64,000 nucleotides of DNA, taken from positions 248,001 to 312,000 of the forward strand of contig OZ237757.1 of the NCBI GenBank assembly GCA_965178125.1, read 5' to 3'. Within the stretch, counting starts at the first letter, position 1. Each line of letters begins with the position of its first letter. The translations under genes were made by a program, and so were the position numbers. The notes under the pieces are model-generated. The model had not been told where the DNA came from. It worked only from the letters and a program-made list of their open reading frames with translations, and searched no databases. Of this stretch, positions 44,517 to 56,400 are shown one piece after another. This DNA comes from Bilabrum cf. latius (lineage: Eukaryota).

Positions 44517-47065
44517 ATGTCGAAGTCAAGAGTATCGACTGCCTCTGAGAAGGCAGGTTATCTAACCAGAATTACTGATGGATCCAAGCAAGAACGGACT
44601 TTTGTCGTGAGTAGGCCCTGGCGCACTTATGTAGCTGCCGATCGTTGCCGGGTTTGAGTGGCTGCGATGGATTGTGCGCTCCTTTGCCACCTCGGGGCGC
44701 TCCGTGAATTGGGCTTAATCTCCCAAAGAACGGATAATGACTGCATGGATCGTAGCAGTGGCATTTTGAAAGGGTTGCCTGCATTCGTGGTGAAACGGCC
44801 ATTTGGGATTTGTTGCCAACTGCTGTATGGGGCTCGGCATACTGCTGGGGGGCTCAAAATGGTTGACATCATGCATACCACCCTCACGTGCTGGTGCGTA
44901 TCCAGCTGCGCCGCAGCCCGGCGGTTCCCTGAACCTGTGGCGTCCCAGGATTGCCCCACAAGTGGGCTGTGCCGCTTGTATAGCCTACGCGCCATGTCGT
45001 TTTGGAGCTCCTGCCCACTTTGATGATCTTGTCGCATCTTATCGTTTTTGTGTGTGAACTATGTGTGCGCGTACAACTCCTGTGCGAGAAACCTGTCCAA
45101 CATTTCCGCTCATCGCAGCACTTGCGAAACTACGCACTGAATTTGTACAAGGATAAGAACATCAAGGAAAACCCCGCGCTCCTCAAGCTCGACACGCGAA
45201 GAGCGGAGGTGGTCCCGCTGGAGCCGTCGGTGTACCAGCGGCGGAACGGTTTCCGTGTGCGAGCACAGCCAGCCTCCAGCTCCCGCGCTGGAGCCTCGGC
45301 AGGCTCCTCCTCCGGAGACGTGGTCGAGCTAGATTTCATTGCAGAGTCCAGGGACGACGCCGAGGCATGGCTCATGTACCTGAGCGCCGCAGCGGTGCCA
45401 AACACGTGGCCGGGGGGCATGGGCCTGGACAAGCGACCCAAGCCCTTCCTCTTCAGCAGGGTAGAGAACGGTGCGGCGAGGGACGCCATCCACAAGATGA
45501 GGGACGACAAAATCAGCCGAGCGGAAGCGGCCGAGCTCAGGGAAAAATGCGAGAAGCTCGAGTCGCCGGTGAAGAGGCTGCCATTGCTCAAAGGCCTCCC
45601 CGTCTGGCAGCAGAGGGGCATGCTGCTGCAGAAGCTGAGGCTGTGCTCGGTGGTATTTGATATTCCGGATACGGCAGCGCCGCCGTCGGCGGGAGGAGGA
45701 GACGCGCCCGAGCTGGCCGCCGCCGCCTCTGCTGCCGCCGCCGCTGCTTCCTCCGGTGCCGGGGGCCTCCTGGCCACCGCCCCCGGCGCGGCGCACGCAG
45801 GCGGCCTGGTGACACGCACCTCCCTCGAGATGCGGGACATGAAGAGGCAGACCCTTCTGGAGCTGGTGGACTACTGCGACACCGCCACCAAGGCTTTCAG
45901 CGAGTACCGCGTGCTGGATGACACCTTTGCCATGATCCGATGCAACCTCTTCAGGGCATTGCCCACGGCCCCCGAGCCCTCGGGCGACCCCGACGAGGAG
46001 GAGGAGCCCTTTATGGACCCCCAGTGGCCCCACCTGGCAGTGGTGTACGAGCTGCTCCTGCACCTCGTGTCTCTGGACCACATTGACAACGCGATGAAGA
46101 AGAAGGTGATCGACCCTTCGTTCGTTAGGCAGCTCCTGCAGCTCTTCAACAGCGAGGATATGCGTGAGAGGGACTACCTCAAGACGATCACGCACAGGAT
46201 CTACAGCAAGCTCACGCAGAGGCGGGCGCTCATCCGCCGGGTCATCTGCAACATCTTCTTCGAGTTCGTCTACGAGAGCCAGGTGCACAACGGCGTGGCC
46301 GAGATGCTTGAAATCCTCGCCTCGATCATCAACGGGTTCGCCGTGCCGATCAAAGACGAGCACAAGGTGATGCTCTCGAGGGCTCTGCTCCCCCTGCACA
46401 AGCCTCCTGGGGTCATGGCGTACCACCCTCAGCTTTCCTACTGCATGGCGCTGTACGTGGCCAAAGACCACGCGCTGACTCGGCAGATCGTCCCGGGGCT
46501 GCTGCGGTACTGGCCCTTCGGTAGCAGCAACAAGCAGATCATGTTTCTGAACGAGCTGGACGACGTGTTCGAGTACGTGCAGGAGGACGACATGGAGCAC
46601 TTCAGGAGACCGCTGGCGCTGAGGCTCTCTAAGGCGCTGGGAGGCCTGCACTTTTAGGTGGCGGAGCGGACGCTGTGCCTGTGGCACTCTGCCCGGTTTG
46701 CTGCGCTCACCCTGGAGCACGCGCCCACGAGGCACGAGCTGCTCCCCGTGATCTACCCCGCTCTGCACCGCAACGCGAAGCACCACTGGCACGAGGCCGT
46801 GCGAACGCTCTCGGCTCACATTCTCGAGCAGTACAGCGAGACGGACCCCGAGCTCTACCAGCAGTGCATGCACGCGAACGAGGGGGACGACGGCCTGGAT
46901 GACGAGACGGGGGGGCTCGGGGCCATCGATAGGGGCCCGGCGCAGGAGGAGCGAGAGAGGTTGCTACGGGATAGGAGCAATCTTGCGGACGGGTTGGATG
47001 GAAGCGCAGCGGCGGATCCGGGAGTTGCAGCTGGCTAGGACGGTGGCGGCGGGGCGTACTCGTGA
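44517..47065 (+). CDS. PP2A regulatory subunit B' (B56) with N-terminal PH domain, ~678 aa (exons 44517-44606, 45119-47065)
   Basis: B56 motifs KLRLCSVVFD, KRQTLLELVDY, PQWPHLAVVYE, FNSEDMRERDYLKTITHRIYSK, HNGVAEMLEILASIINGFAVPIK, HF*VAERTL. PH motifs KAGYL...RTFVHLRNYALNLYKD...FIAESRDDAEAWL. TAG at 46655 and 47036; ends TGA. Confidence 0.9.
44607..45118 (+). other. Spliceosomal intron (512 nt, phase 0)
   Basis: GTGAGT donor, TCGCAG acceptor; splicing reconstitutes PH strands beta1-beta3. Confidence 0.7.
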
Positions 47066-47455
47066 ACGTTATCATCAATCTGACGATTTTTCTTCCATCG
47101 AACAGCTTTCCTTCTGGTCAGGATAGGTGGAATCATCGTATTGCTTGCATACAAACTAGGGGAAATGGCTTTGACTGCTAGCCACGCCAACCTTGATGCA
47201 GCACCAGCCACACTTCACTCGCTTTCCGTGGCTGTAAAACCAACTCGTCACATCATCACGGGTGCGATGTTTGTCCGAGCGACTTGGTCGCACGAAAAGC
47301 CAAACGAGCAGATCTTGAAATCTGCACTCGCCCTGGGTTGTTCGCTGTCTTCTTGACGCCGACCCAGCCATTTCATTGTACAATCTACGGATTTGTGCGA
47401 TTGAGCCGTAGTTTTATACGGTTGAATCATTATTTCAGTCTTCAACTCGTGGAGA

Positions 47456-50400
47456 ATGTTCGGACAATCCCATCTTGTCGTCGTTCTGGCACTTATTTTC
47501 GTGAAAGGTGCCTCGTCCGCGCCAGTAGTTCAAAGAGTAGTGCCAACAGAAGGGTCTCTGCTCGGTGGGACCTTGCTGTCAATCTATGGACAGGGTGAGG
47601 CACACTCGTTGGCACGAGTGTTTTATTCGCTTGTACAACTGAGTCCGTCGCACATGTGCTTATGTTGCGGATCACACGCTAGTGCTTTCGACTTTATAAG
47701 AAACCAGTTTTCTTCTCGGGTGTGAATGATGCGTTTCGAATGCTTCAGTGGAGTTTTGTTGGACAGAAGCACGGGATGGCGCCCCGACTTGCAATGCTTG
47801 CCAAGTTGTATTTCAGTCATAAACATGGAATTCGAAGCACACTTCTGTATTTGATAGATTCATATGAATGTAGTAGGCGAATGTTTGTGAATTTTGTTCG
47901 CGTTCGGTGAGTGCTATGCCATTGACTCGCGTTTGCTTTTATTTTCCGCCTCTCTGCAGAGATTCCCTCACCATTCGAGGCTACCCTTTCCGTCGAGTTG
48001 GCTTGGGATACCGCCCAAGTGCAATGCATAGTAAATTCATGGCTAGCTGCGGATGAGCTTATCCAGTGCATCATTGATGCTGCGGCAATGGAGCAATTGC
48101 ACCACTTTGGTCTCGGCCCCTCTGACGGCTGGGCGACGCTGGCCGTGAAAGCAAACGGCGTCCCTATCAGGACCGCATCGCCCGGCGTCAACTTGCGTTT
48201 CCGGTTTCTTTCATCTAGGACTCCTTCCTTGTCCAGCCTGATGCCTCGAGAAGCCGCTGCGGGTGCGACGCTCACCATCCGTGGCGATCTTCGGACGCGC
48301 GATCCCAACCAGATCCGCGTGACCCTGGGCCAGAACGCGACGTGCGGGTTCGCGGGTGACGCTGCAACAGAGCAGCTGTCTTCTTCTTCCAGCATGCAGT
48401 GCTCCACTCGAGGAGTCGTGGCGGGAGGCCTCAATGCGACAGTCGACGTGTCTGGTGAGTTTGGGAGAGCGTCCACGAGCCCTTCCAGCAGGAGGGTCAA
48501 CCACAGGGCGGAGCTTCAGCACGTCGAGCTGGTGCCCACAGTGACCTCGGTGGTGCCTAGGAGCGCGTCGGAGGGCGGAGGGCAGATCATCACCGTGACC
48601 GGGACTGGGTTTGCCCCCCGCGTCGACGATAATTCCGTCATGGTGGGAAGTCGCAAGTGCACCGTCCTGGCCGCGCAGTGGGACACGTTGCAGTGCGTGA
48701 TGGATTCGGTACAGGTCAGTGGTAGTGCCACCCCGTCTGCAAACCTCTCGGTTCCGCAATTTGCGCGTGGATCGCGCGGCGCCCTCGTCCAGGCATGGAC
48801 AGCCGGCTCGCTGCCAGCAGGCGCCCTCGACTCGGCGGAGGCGTTCGCGAGCCACACTGAGCGGGAGGCGGCGGCCGAGGCAGCAGCTGCGCTTCGCGGC
48901 GACGCGACCGACTCTGGCTTCATGGCCCCAGACACGAGTGGGGTCGCGCACAGCCTGCGGTATCCCGGGGACCCCAGCCTGCAGCAGAGCGGGCTGCCCG
49001 CGCCCCCACCCCCCCAGGGAACAAGTGCCGTCAGGGTGGCGGCCCTGTTCAGCCCTCCCATTGACGGGCCGTACACCTTCTACGTGGCGGGCAGCCCCTC
49101 GGCAGCCCTCTACGTGGACCCTGTGGGATACGGGGCACCCAGTCAGGCTGACGGGCCCGAGCCAACGGTGACTCGCCCACCACTCGACGCCGGTGCTTCG
49201 CCCCGCGACGCAGAAGTGCGATCGGCAGCGGCCAGCGTGGATGATAGCTTCCTTGGTCTTTACTAGGAATCTGCGTCGGGTTCCAGCGGCCTTGGCCGCG
49301 GCCTTGTGCGTGTCGCGACCGCAGCCGGTTCTTCTGGCCCATCTGATTTCGAGTCAGATCCGTCGGTGCAGGAGTCTCCCAGGCTGCTGCTGCGGAGCGG
49401 GAGGGTCTACTGGATCGAAGCAGTCGCGGTGCATCCGCCTGGTACATCTTTGTCTGGCACACCGTTCGTCTCTGTTGGCGTGAAGGTCGACTCGCGGTAC
49501 ACCGCCTCTCAGCTTGCTGATGCGCAGGACGAGGTGCAGGAGCTTGCGATTGAGAGCGACGCTGGGCAGGAGATCCACGAGGTCGCGCTGTCTCGCACGC
49601 TCTCGTCTGTTCCCTAGCGTGGCCCTGAGACCGCGGGCGAGGGAGTCGAGCCGCAGGCTGGCTTCCAGGTCACGCTGCGGCCCACGCGGCCCCCGCCTCC
49701 GGTCCCCGGGGCGCCCGAGGCCACCGACGATGAGGCTCCTGCGCCCACAATCCCTGAGGCCAAGGCCACCAGAGTGCTTCCGATCACCGCGAGTGCCGAG
49801 CAGGTCAGGCAGGCCGTCGTAGAAGATATCTTCGCCGGTCGCTGCGAGGGCGCCTCGGGTGCCGACAGTAGGGGGGAGGCTCTGTGGGAGCGGGACAGCT
49901 TCGAGGGCAGCGAGTCCGCGTGGGGAACATTTGCCGACCGGCATGGGCAGGCGGGCGAAGCAGCTGGTGCGCCCAGCAAGGTAGAGGGCGATGCTTTCTG
50001 TGGGCGAGCCGCGCTTCGTGTTCCTCGAGGCGCGGCGGCGCTGAATTTCCTCGGGTCCGCTGGCATCGAGTCGGAGCAGAGCTCCGACGGGTACGACGTG
50101 CGGGAGTACCCCGAGCTCTGCATGGCCTGGGCCGTGCCTGCCGGCCTGCAGTCAAATATCCACCTTCGGATCAGGGAGGTGGGCTGGCGGTCTATCCAGT
50201 TTACGATCGACGAGGAGGGCCTGCCCCTGGCAACTCCGTACGGATTTGCCGGCAACTGGCGAGTCGGGTCTAGACAGGACGGTGCGTGGCACCATGACTG
50301 CATCGACACACGAGAGATGTTTGCTGCCGCTCGGGTGCCGTTCTCCGTGTCAAGCGACGACGATGCTGGCAGCGGGGGTGTCCAGTCGACTTGGTACATT

Positions 50401-53400
50401 GACGGCATCGCCTTTGAGGTGGCCGGGGCTGGCTAGGGTGTTGAGGGCGACGACCCGCTTGCCCAATCCTTCGCTCTCCTGGACGAAATATCGGTGGCTG
50501 AGAACACGCGCGCGGTGAGGCAGACGGGCGATGAGAGGTCGTGGCGCCGTGCCATGCACCACCTGGACGTGATCGACGTGGACGGGGTGCAGGTCACTGC
50601 AGATCGGTGGGACGGCGCTGACCAGGACGATGACCCCGAGGCCATGGACGAGTTTCTGCTGGCATCAGAGGACGAGGACGAGGACGTGTTCGAAGATTTC
50701 CCCGCTCGGGCAGCCTGGTCCATCCGCATACCTACCATCGACTGCGCTCACCTCCCGAACCTGCCTGTCTTCGGAATCAAAACCGTCAATCTAGAGCCTC
50801 GCGAAGACATGGAGGAGCGGCAGGAGCAAATGGAAACAAGAACCGATGTGGATGGCAGACGATGGACCGAGCACGGTACTTCATCCAGGCGAGTGTCGGC
50901 CGTGCCCCGTGCACTAGGCGGGTCTCTGGAAATGGCCCTGATGGGCAGCGCATGGAGTAGCGTACCAGGAGACGCGACTTCCGACCAACTCGCGACTGCG
51001 ATCGAAGCTCTCCGCACCGCGGGCAGCAGCGTTGACGTGTCTCTGCCCAGCGAGGACGAAGGGTCCTGCTTCCGCAGGCGTTTCAGAGTCACCTTCACCC
51101 ATCGCCCTGGCGACGCCGACTTGCCCAGCCTTGACTCCTCCGGCCTGCGTGGTCAGAATCCCCGCGTGTCTGTTCGCGAGATCGTCCGAGGTGGTCTCAA
51201 CCTCCGACCGGTGCCCGGTGGTTTCCTCGCAGCTCCGATCCTGCAGCTCCCCAGGCAGCACCTGCAGATGAGCTCGCTGGCAGCTGCTGGTGCCACTGTA
51301 CTGCCAGAGATACGAGCGCCGATCACGGTCAGCGTGCGGGGGGATTCGGGCGTGGTGTCGGCCGCCTGCATCGATGGAGGGGACGGCGACCACGCATCCT
51401 TGACGGCAGGGACCGGTTGCGTGCACGTGACGAGCCTCAACACGAGCCCGGTGGTGACTGGCATCAGCCCATCGAGCGGGGCGGACGGACAGCTCATCAC
51501 GGTAACGGGCAGCCGTCTGGACGCTGTCCGTGACACCGTGCCAGTGCTTCAAGAGGAATCTTACGAGCAGTCCTTCCTGACTGAAATCGTCGATGGCGGT
51601 GAGTCTAGCGGTAACGGTGATAGCGCGCACCTTTCGTGCTCTGGCGCTTCGCACGATGGGTCCTCGCACTCGGTTGTCGTGGGCCACCATGCGTGCGTGG
51701 TGGAGGCCATCGCTCCAAGCTAGATTATCTGCCGGCTCAACGTGTCTTGCCCAGTGTCCGCCGGCTGGCTTGACGGCGTCCGTCCTGGAGAACATCATGT
51801 AACGATGGGTTCCAATGCGACCGTGGCGCCTGGCACGGTGCGTGTCTACGTGCCTGGCCGCGGATGGGCAGTGCCACAGGCAGGTGGCGCCCACGGCTCC
51901 ATGCCTGCCTTCACTGTCGGTGTAGAGTTCCACTCCGTGTCTCCGACGGCGGGAACATCATCTGGCGGTGCCATTCTAACCCTTTCTGGCTCTGGGTTCC
52001 CAGCTCATGAGCAGAGGGATGCTGTTCGTGTCGTGCTCAGCTGTGCGGTGGCCGGTGGCGCGTCGAGGTCCGAGGACCTGGTTTGCCCCGTGCTGTCCTC
52101 GAGGTACGGTGAGGTGACCTGTAGCGTGCCCAGTCTCGGGGATTTCGTGCCTCATGGAGAGAACAGGACGTGTGACGTGCAGCTTGAGATACTGTCGACC
52201 AGTGGCACCACGACGGCCAGCGCGGCCGTGGCGCAGGGATTCAGGTACGAAGGCGGCTCGCTCCCGCGCGTGTTCTCCGTTTCGCCTTCTACGATGTCTG
52301 CTCTCGGTGGAATTGAAATGAAGGTCACGGGGTCTGGTCTCCTGACCCCTGCCACCCGCGCTCTCATTCCATCAGGAGGCGTCGTCACGGAGGCCGATCG
52401 CAGGGCTGTGGCCGAGGCAGCAGCCGCGGATGCGGTGGTCATGGTGGGCGGGTCAACAGAGTGCGTCATTACCGGGGCGGAATACCAAGCAGCGGCACAG
52501 GCAGGGCAACAAGGAACCGACGCAATTTTGTGCAGATCTCCGAAGCACCTACCCGAGCAGCAGGTTGAAGTGGCAGTGCTTGTGACCGGCGTGGGTACCG
52601 CCGTTCCTGTCGGTGCCGCTGGACCCACTGCCCGCTCTGCTGTTGATTTTGAGCTTGCTGTGTCTGCGATTGAAGCTCCGGAGGGCGGCCTTTTTGGCGG
52701 GGGGCCTGTCACGATCACGGGAGAAGGCCTGGACGTGGACACTGGGAGCGCTCAGCGCAGGGCGGCGGTGGATGAGTACGGGAACGAGGTGAGCAGCGGT
52801 GCGCCACTCGATCTCAGGGTTCAGGTACGGATCCAATAGGCTGACGTCAGCTCTAAGTCACCGTCCGGGTCATCGATGGGTTCGTACGTCGGGCGCCGTG
52901 CCTCTCTCCCGCGCGTTGACAGCGGCTGGCAGGACTGCTCCATTGTGTCGCAGGGGCCTACTGGAGTGCAGGCGTCCTTGCCCGACATGACCCCGCATCT
53001 ACCTTCCTTCAAAGCGGTGGCATCCTCCACTGATCCGGTGGGGTACTGGACGCTGGATGCGTCCGATGTCGGTGCTCTGGTATCGACTCCTGCCGTGCAA
53101 GGGGTCAGCGCGAGCACGCTCGCCCTCGGAGTCGCGATGAACCGCGGGCGGCTCGGCGGCATCGCGAACGGTAGACTGGCACTCCGCCGGGGTTCCGATG
53201 GCATAGGTGCTCGCGCCGCTGTGGAAGGCTTTGTTCCCTCAGGGAACAACTCGGCCGTGCAGTTCCAAGTGCCCTCAGCGCCAGTGGATGGAGCCAGCGG
53301 GAGCCCGGGGGAAGACGTCCGTGGCGTGATGAAGGTATCTCATCTGAGTGGACTCAACTCAGAGTCATTTTCGTTCGGACTGCTGATCAAAGAGCTGCAG

Positions 53401-56400
53401 CTGGACGATGGAGACGTTGAACTTGTTCGGTCAGGAGGCGAGGACAACTCGGGCCCGCAGGGCAGTGCAGGGTCTCGGAAAATGCGCGGATTCGTGATCC
53501 GTCTGAACCGATGCGGTTTCTTCGACTTTTTGGTCGCGACAGGCGATGTACCTTCTCGCAGCCTAGATGCTACCATCGACTGTGACCAGTCGCTCAGCGT
53601 TCGCCGTGCTGCCTTGCTGTAGGCAGGATACAGTGCTGTGTTCGGCGGCTCTGAACTCCTTGGTAGCTGGACCTCACTGATCGCCACCTACGATGGTGAC
53701 ACGGGTGAGCAGCGCCTGTACATTGATGGGCAAATGGACACATCAACTGACGGTCTAGGCTCGGCGATGGCACCTTCATTTCTGCCTAACGCTCGTGGGG
53801 GCGTGTCGGGCCCCATGTAGGGAGCGCTTCAGGTCGGTGCGATCTACCTCGAGACACACAGGCGGGTTGAGATCGTGCTCGACGAGGTACTCATGTGGGA
53901 CTACGCGGTTGATGCGGAGGCTGTTGCCACGCTGGCGAGTTTCGGAGGGTCGGCGCTTGACGTGCAAATGCGGGTCATTGCTGGCCGCCCGCCCGTGGCA
54001 GGAACCGGGGACCCATCTAACGATGACGACACGATCTAGGCAGATTGTGGGGTTACCCTTGGCCAGCACGCTGGCTGCAAGCTTCGTATGTCGTACAGTG
54101 CGACTCCATACCTAACAAGCACCTCTCCTTCGTCTGGCCCGCCCAAGGTATCTATTGTCATCCACGGCAGCAAGCTGCAGGCTGCGTAGGGTTACGACAC
54201 TGACGTGTCTGTCGGCGAGGTGGCATGCCATGTGACGTAGGTATGGACAAGTGGCGATCGCTTGCGGTGTGAAATACAGCAAGGAAATCCCGGGCTAGCT
54301 CCCGTGAAGGTTACAATCGGTGGGAGGGGTACAGCTGTGGCGACACACGCAGTCGGCGCAGCGGCTGAGGCAGGCATATTCGACTCTTCTACTGCTTCCA
54401 TTGGGGCTGATACATCTATACCGCGCTTTTTCTTCGAGCGCAAGATGGTTGTGGAATCGGTTTCTCCTTCCGCGGGTTCGCTGGAGGGAGGCACGCGGGT
54501 GACAATACTAGGCAAGGGTTTCGGCTGGACCCCGGAGTTGCTGCGCGTGCTCCTGCCCGGAGGTGTGCCGTGCGACGTGGATTTGCATGCTACGAGTGCT
54601 TTGTTGCCGAGCAGCATTGTCTGCGTGTCGGGCCGCAGCACGAGCAACCCTATCCTACCTTCTGACCACCCGCTTCGGCGGCAGTACAGCGGCCAATGGT
54701 CTGCGACGGGCTCTTTTGGGCAGCAAAACGAGTTACGATCTGGTGACGTGGAGGTTCTGTGGTGGTAGATGGACCCAGCCGCGCGTGCCGCTTCACTGGC
54801 ATCGGCGGAGACCACCAGGCGGCAGGAAGCTATGGCCAACGATCCGGCATCCTCTGCCTCGAACGGCCTTGATGTGCTACCGGCTGACCCAGTGGACTAC
54901 TGGCCGACAGCTGGAGCCAGGTCGTCTTCAAAGTGCGGCGATCTTGGCGAAGATCCGTGCACGTTCGCTTTTGACACTGCATACACACCCGGCATATCGG
55001 CCTTATCTCCCACGCAGGGTGCGCATGCTGTGAACGTAACCATATCCGGCACTCGATTCACTCGCTCTGGCATCTAGAGCACTGTTGCCGACGATGTGAC
55101 TGTGTATGTTGGCAGCGAAGAGCGCGATAGCACGGCCCACCAGTGCGTATTGCACCCCAGCCTCGCCACCCATACTTCCATCACTTGCTCGATGCCCGCC
55201 GACGCGGGTTCCAGAACGCTGTCGCTGCACGTGGGTGGTACGGCAAACCTCGGGTGGGCCATGCCGCTTGCTTCGATGGATCGTAAGCTGCCGAAGTACG
55301 TGTACGCTGCCAGCATCGACAGCTTCGAGCCCTCCTCCTTGTCTTTTGCGGGTGGCGACGAGATCGTGGTGAGGGGCTCTGGTCTGCTCGGAGGCAACGG
55401 TGACATGCTTGACGTGCATGTGGGAGGTAAGTCTTTGCCGTGCCCCATCGACAAGTCGCGTTCAAGCAGCACCGTGCTCGTGTGCAAGGCCCCAGCAGCT
55501 CCCGAGCAGGATTTCTCTGCGATCGGGGCCACGGTCTCGAGGACTTTCCCGGCTGCTGGCTGGAGCAGCGCTGTGATCTCGACTGGAGGCTCGCGCAGCG
55601 TGCGTCAAGGTACCTGGGAGTCCACGACCGGCCCGCACGGATCTATCCGGAGGACCGCGTCCGGTCGCACCACGGCAGACTCCTCCGAGGCGACCCCGAT
55701 CGAATCAGACGCTTTTTGCAGCCAGTTGCAGGCGGTGTGGAGAAGTGCCGCTGATGCTGCGGATGGTAACATCCCAGCATCTCCTGTTCCACTGGCAGGT
55801 CTGGTGGCGCGCGACCTGATCAGTCAGCTACCCGTTGCGCTCTCCCCAACTGCCACTACACAGTCTGTAGATGTCGACGTCTCCGTATCCCTCCGCAAGA
55901 TTGGCTCGATTGGGCCCTGGGCCAGCCCTGCTCTCACCAACGACGTTGTCAGCGCATTTGGTGCGGTGCTTGGGTGGTCAGGCAGCCGGAACTACCTTGC
56001 CATCCTTGCAGCAAGCAGTGCGACAAGGTGGAACAGCACCCGCCATCCGGATGGAGCCGGCATTCCGGCCGGCTGCATGGCCGTGATTCGTGCACAGGGA
56101 AGCACACCAGAGCTGCTGGCTTTCCGCAGCGTGTCAAGAGAGCACGACTCGCCATCCATCGTCCGTCGGCTGATAGACAGCCCCGACTACAGCGGAACTG
56201 AGGGTCATCTCAGGGTTGTCCACGCAGCCGGTCGCCTTCGTGCGGCACTCGATGGTGAGCCGTTCATCCAGGACGCGGCCACGCAGGTGGTGGCCACATC
56301 CCAGGCGCAGCACGCATTTGCTGGTGCGAGTGCGACCCCCGGCGCGATCCTCACTGGGCTGTCAGCCTCGACGACCGGCAGGGTCGGTCTGATCGCTGCT

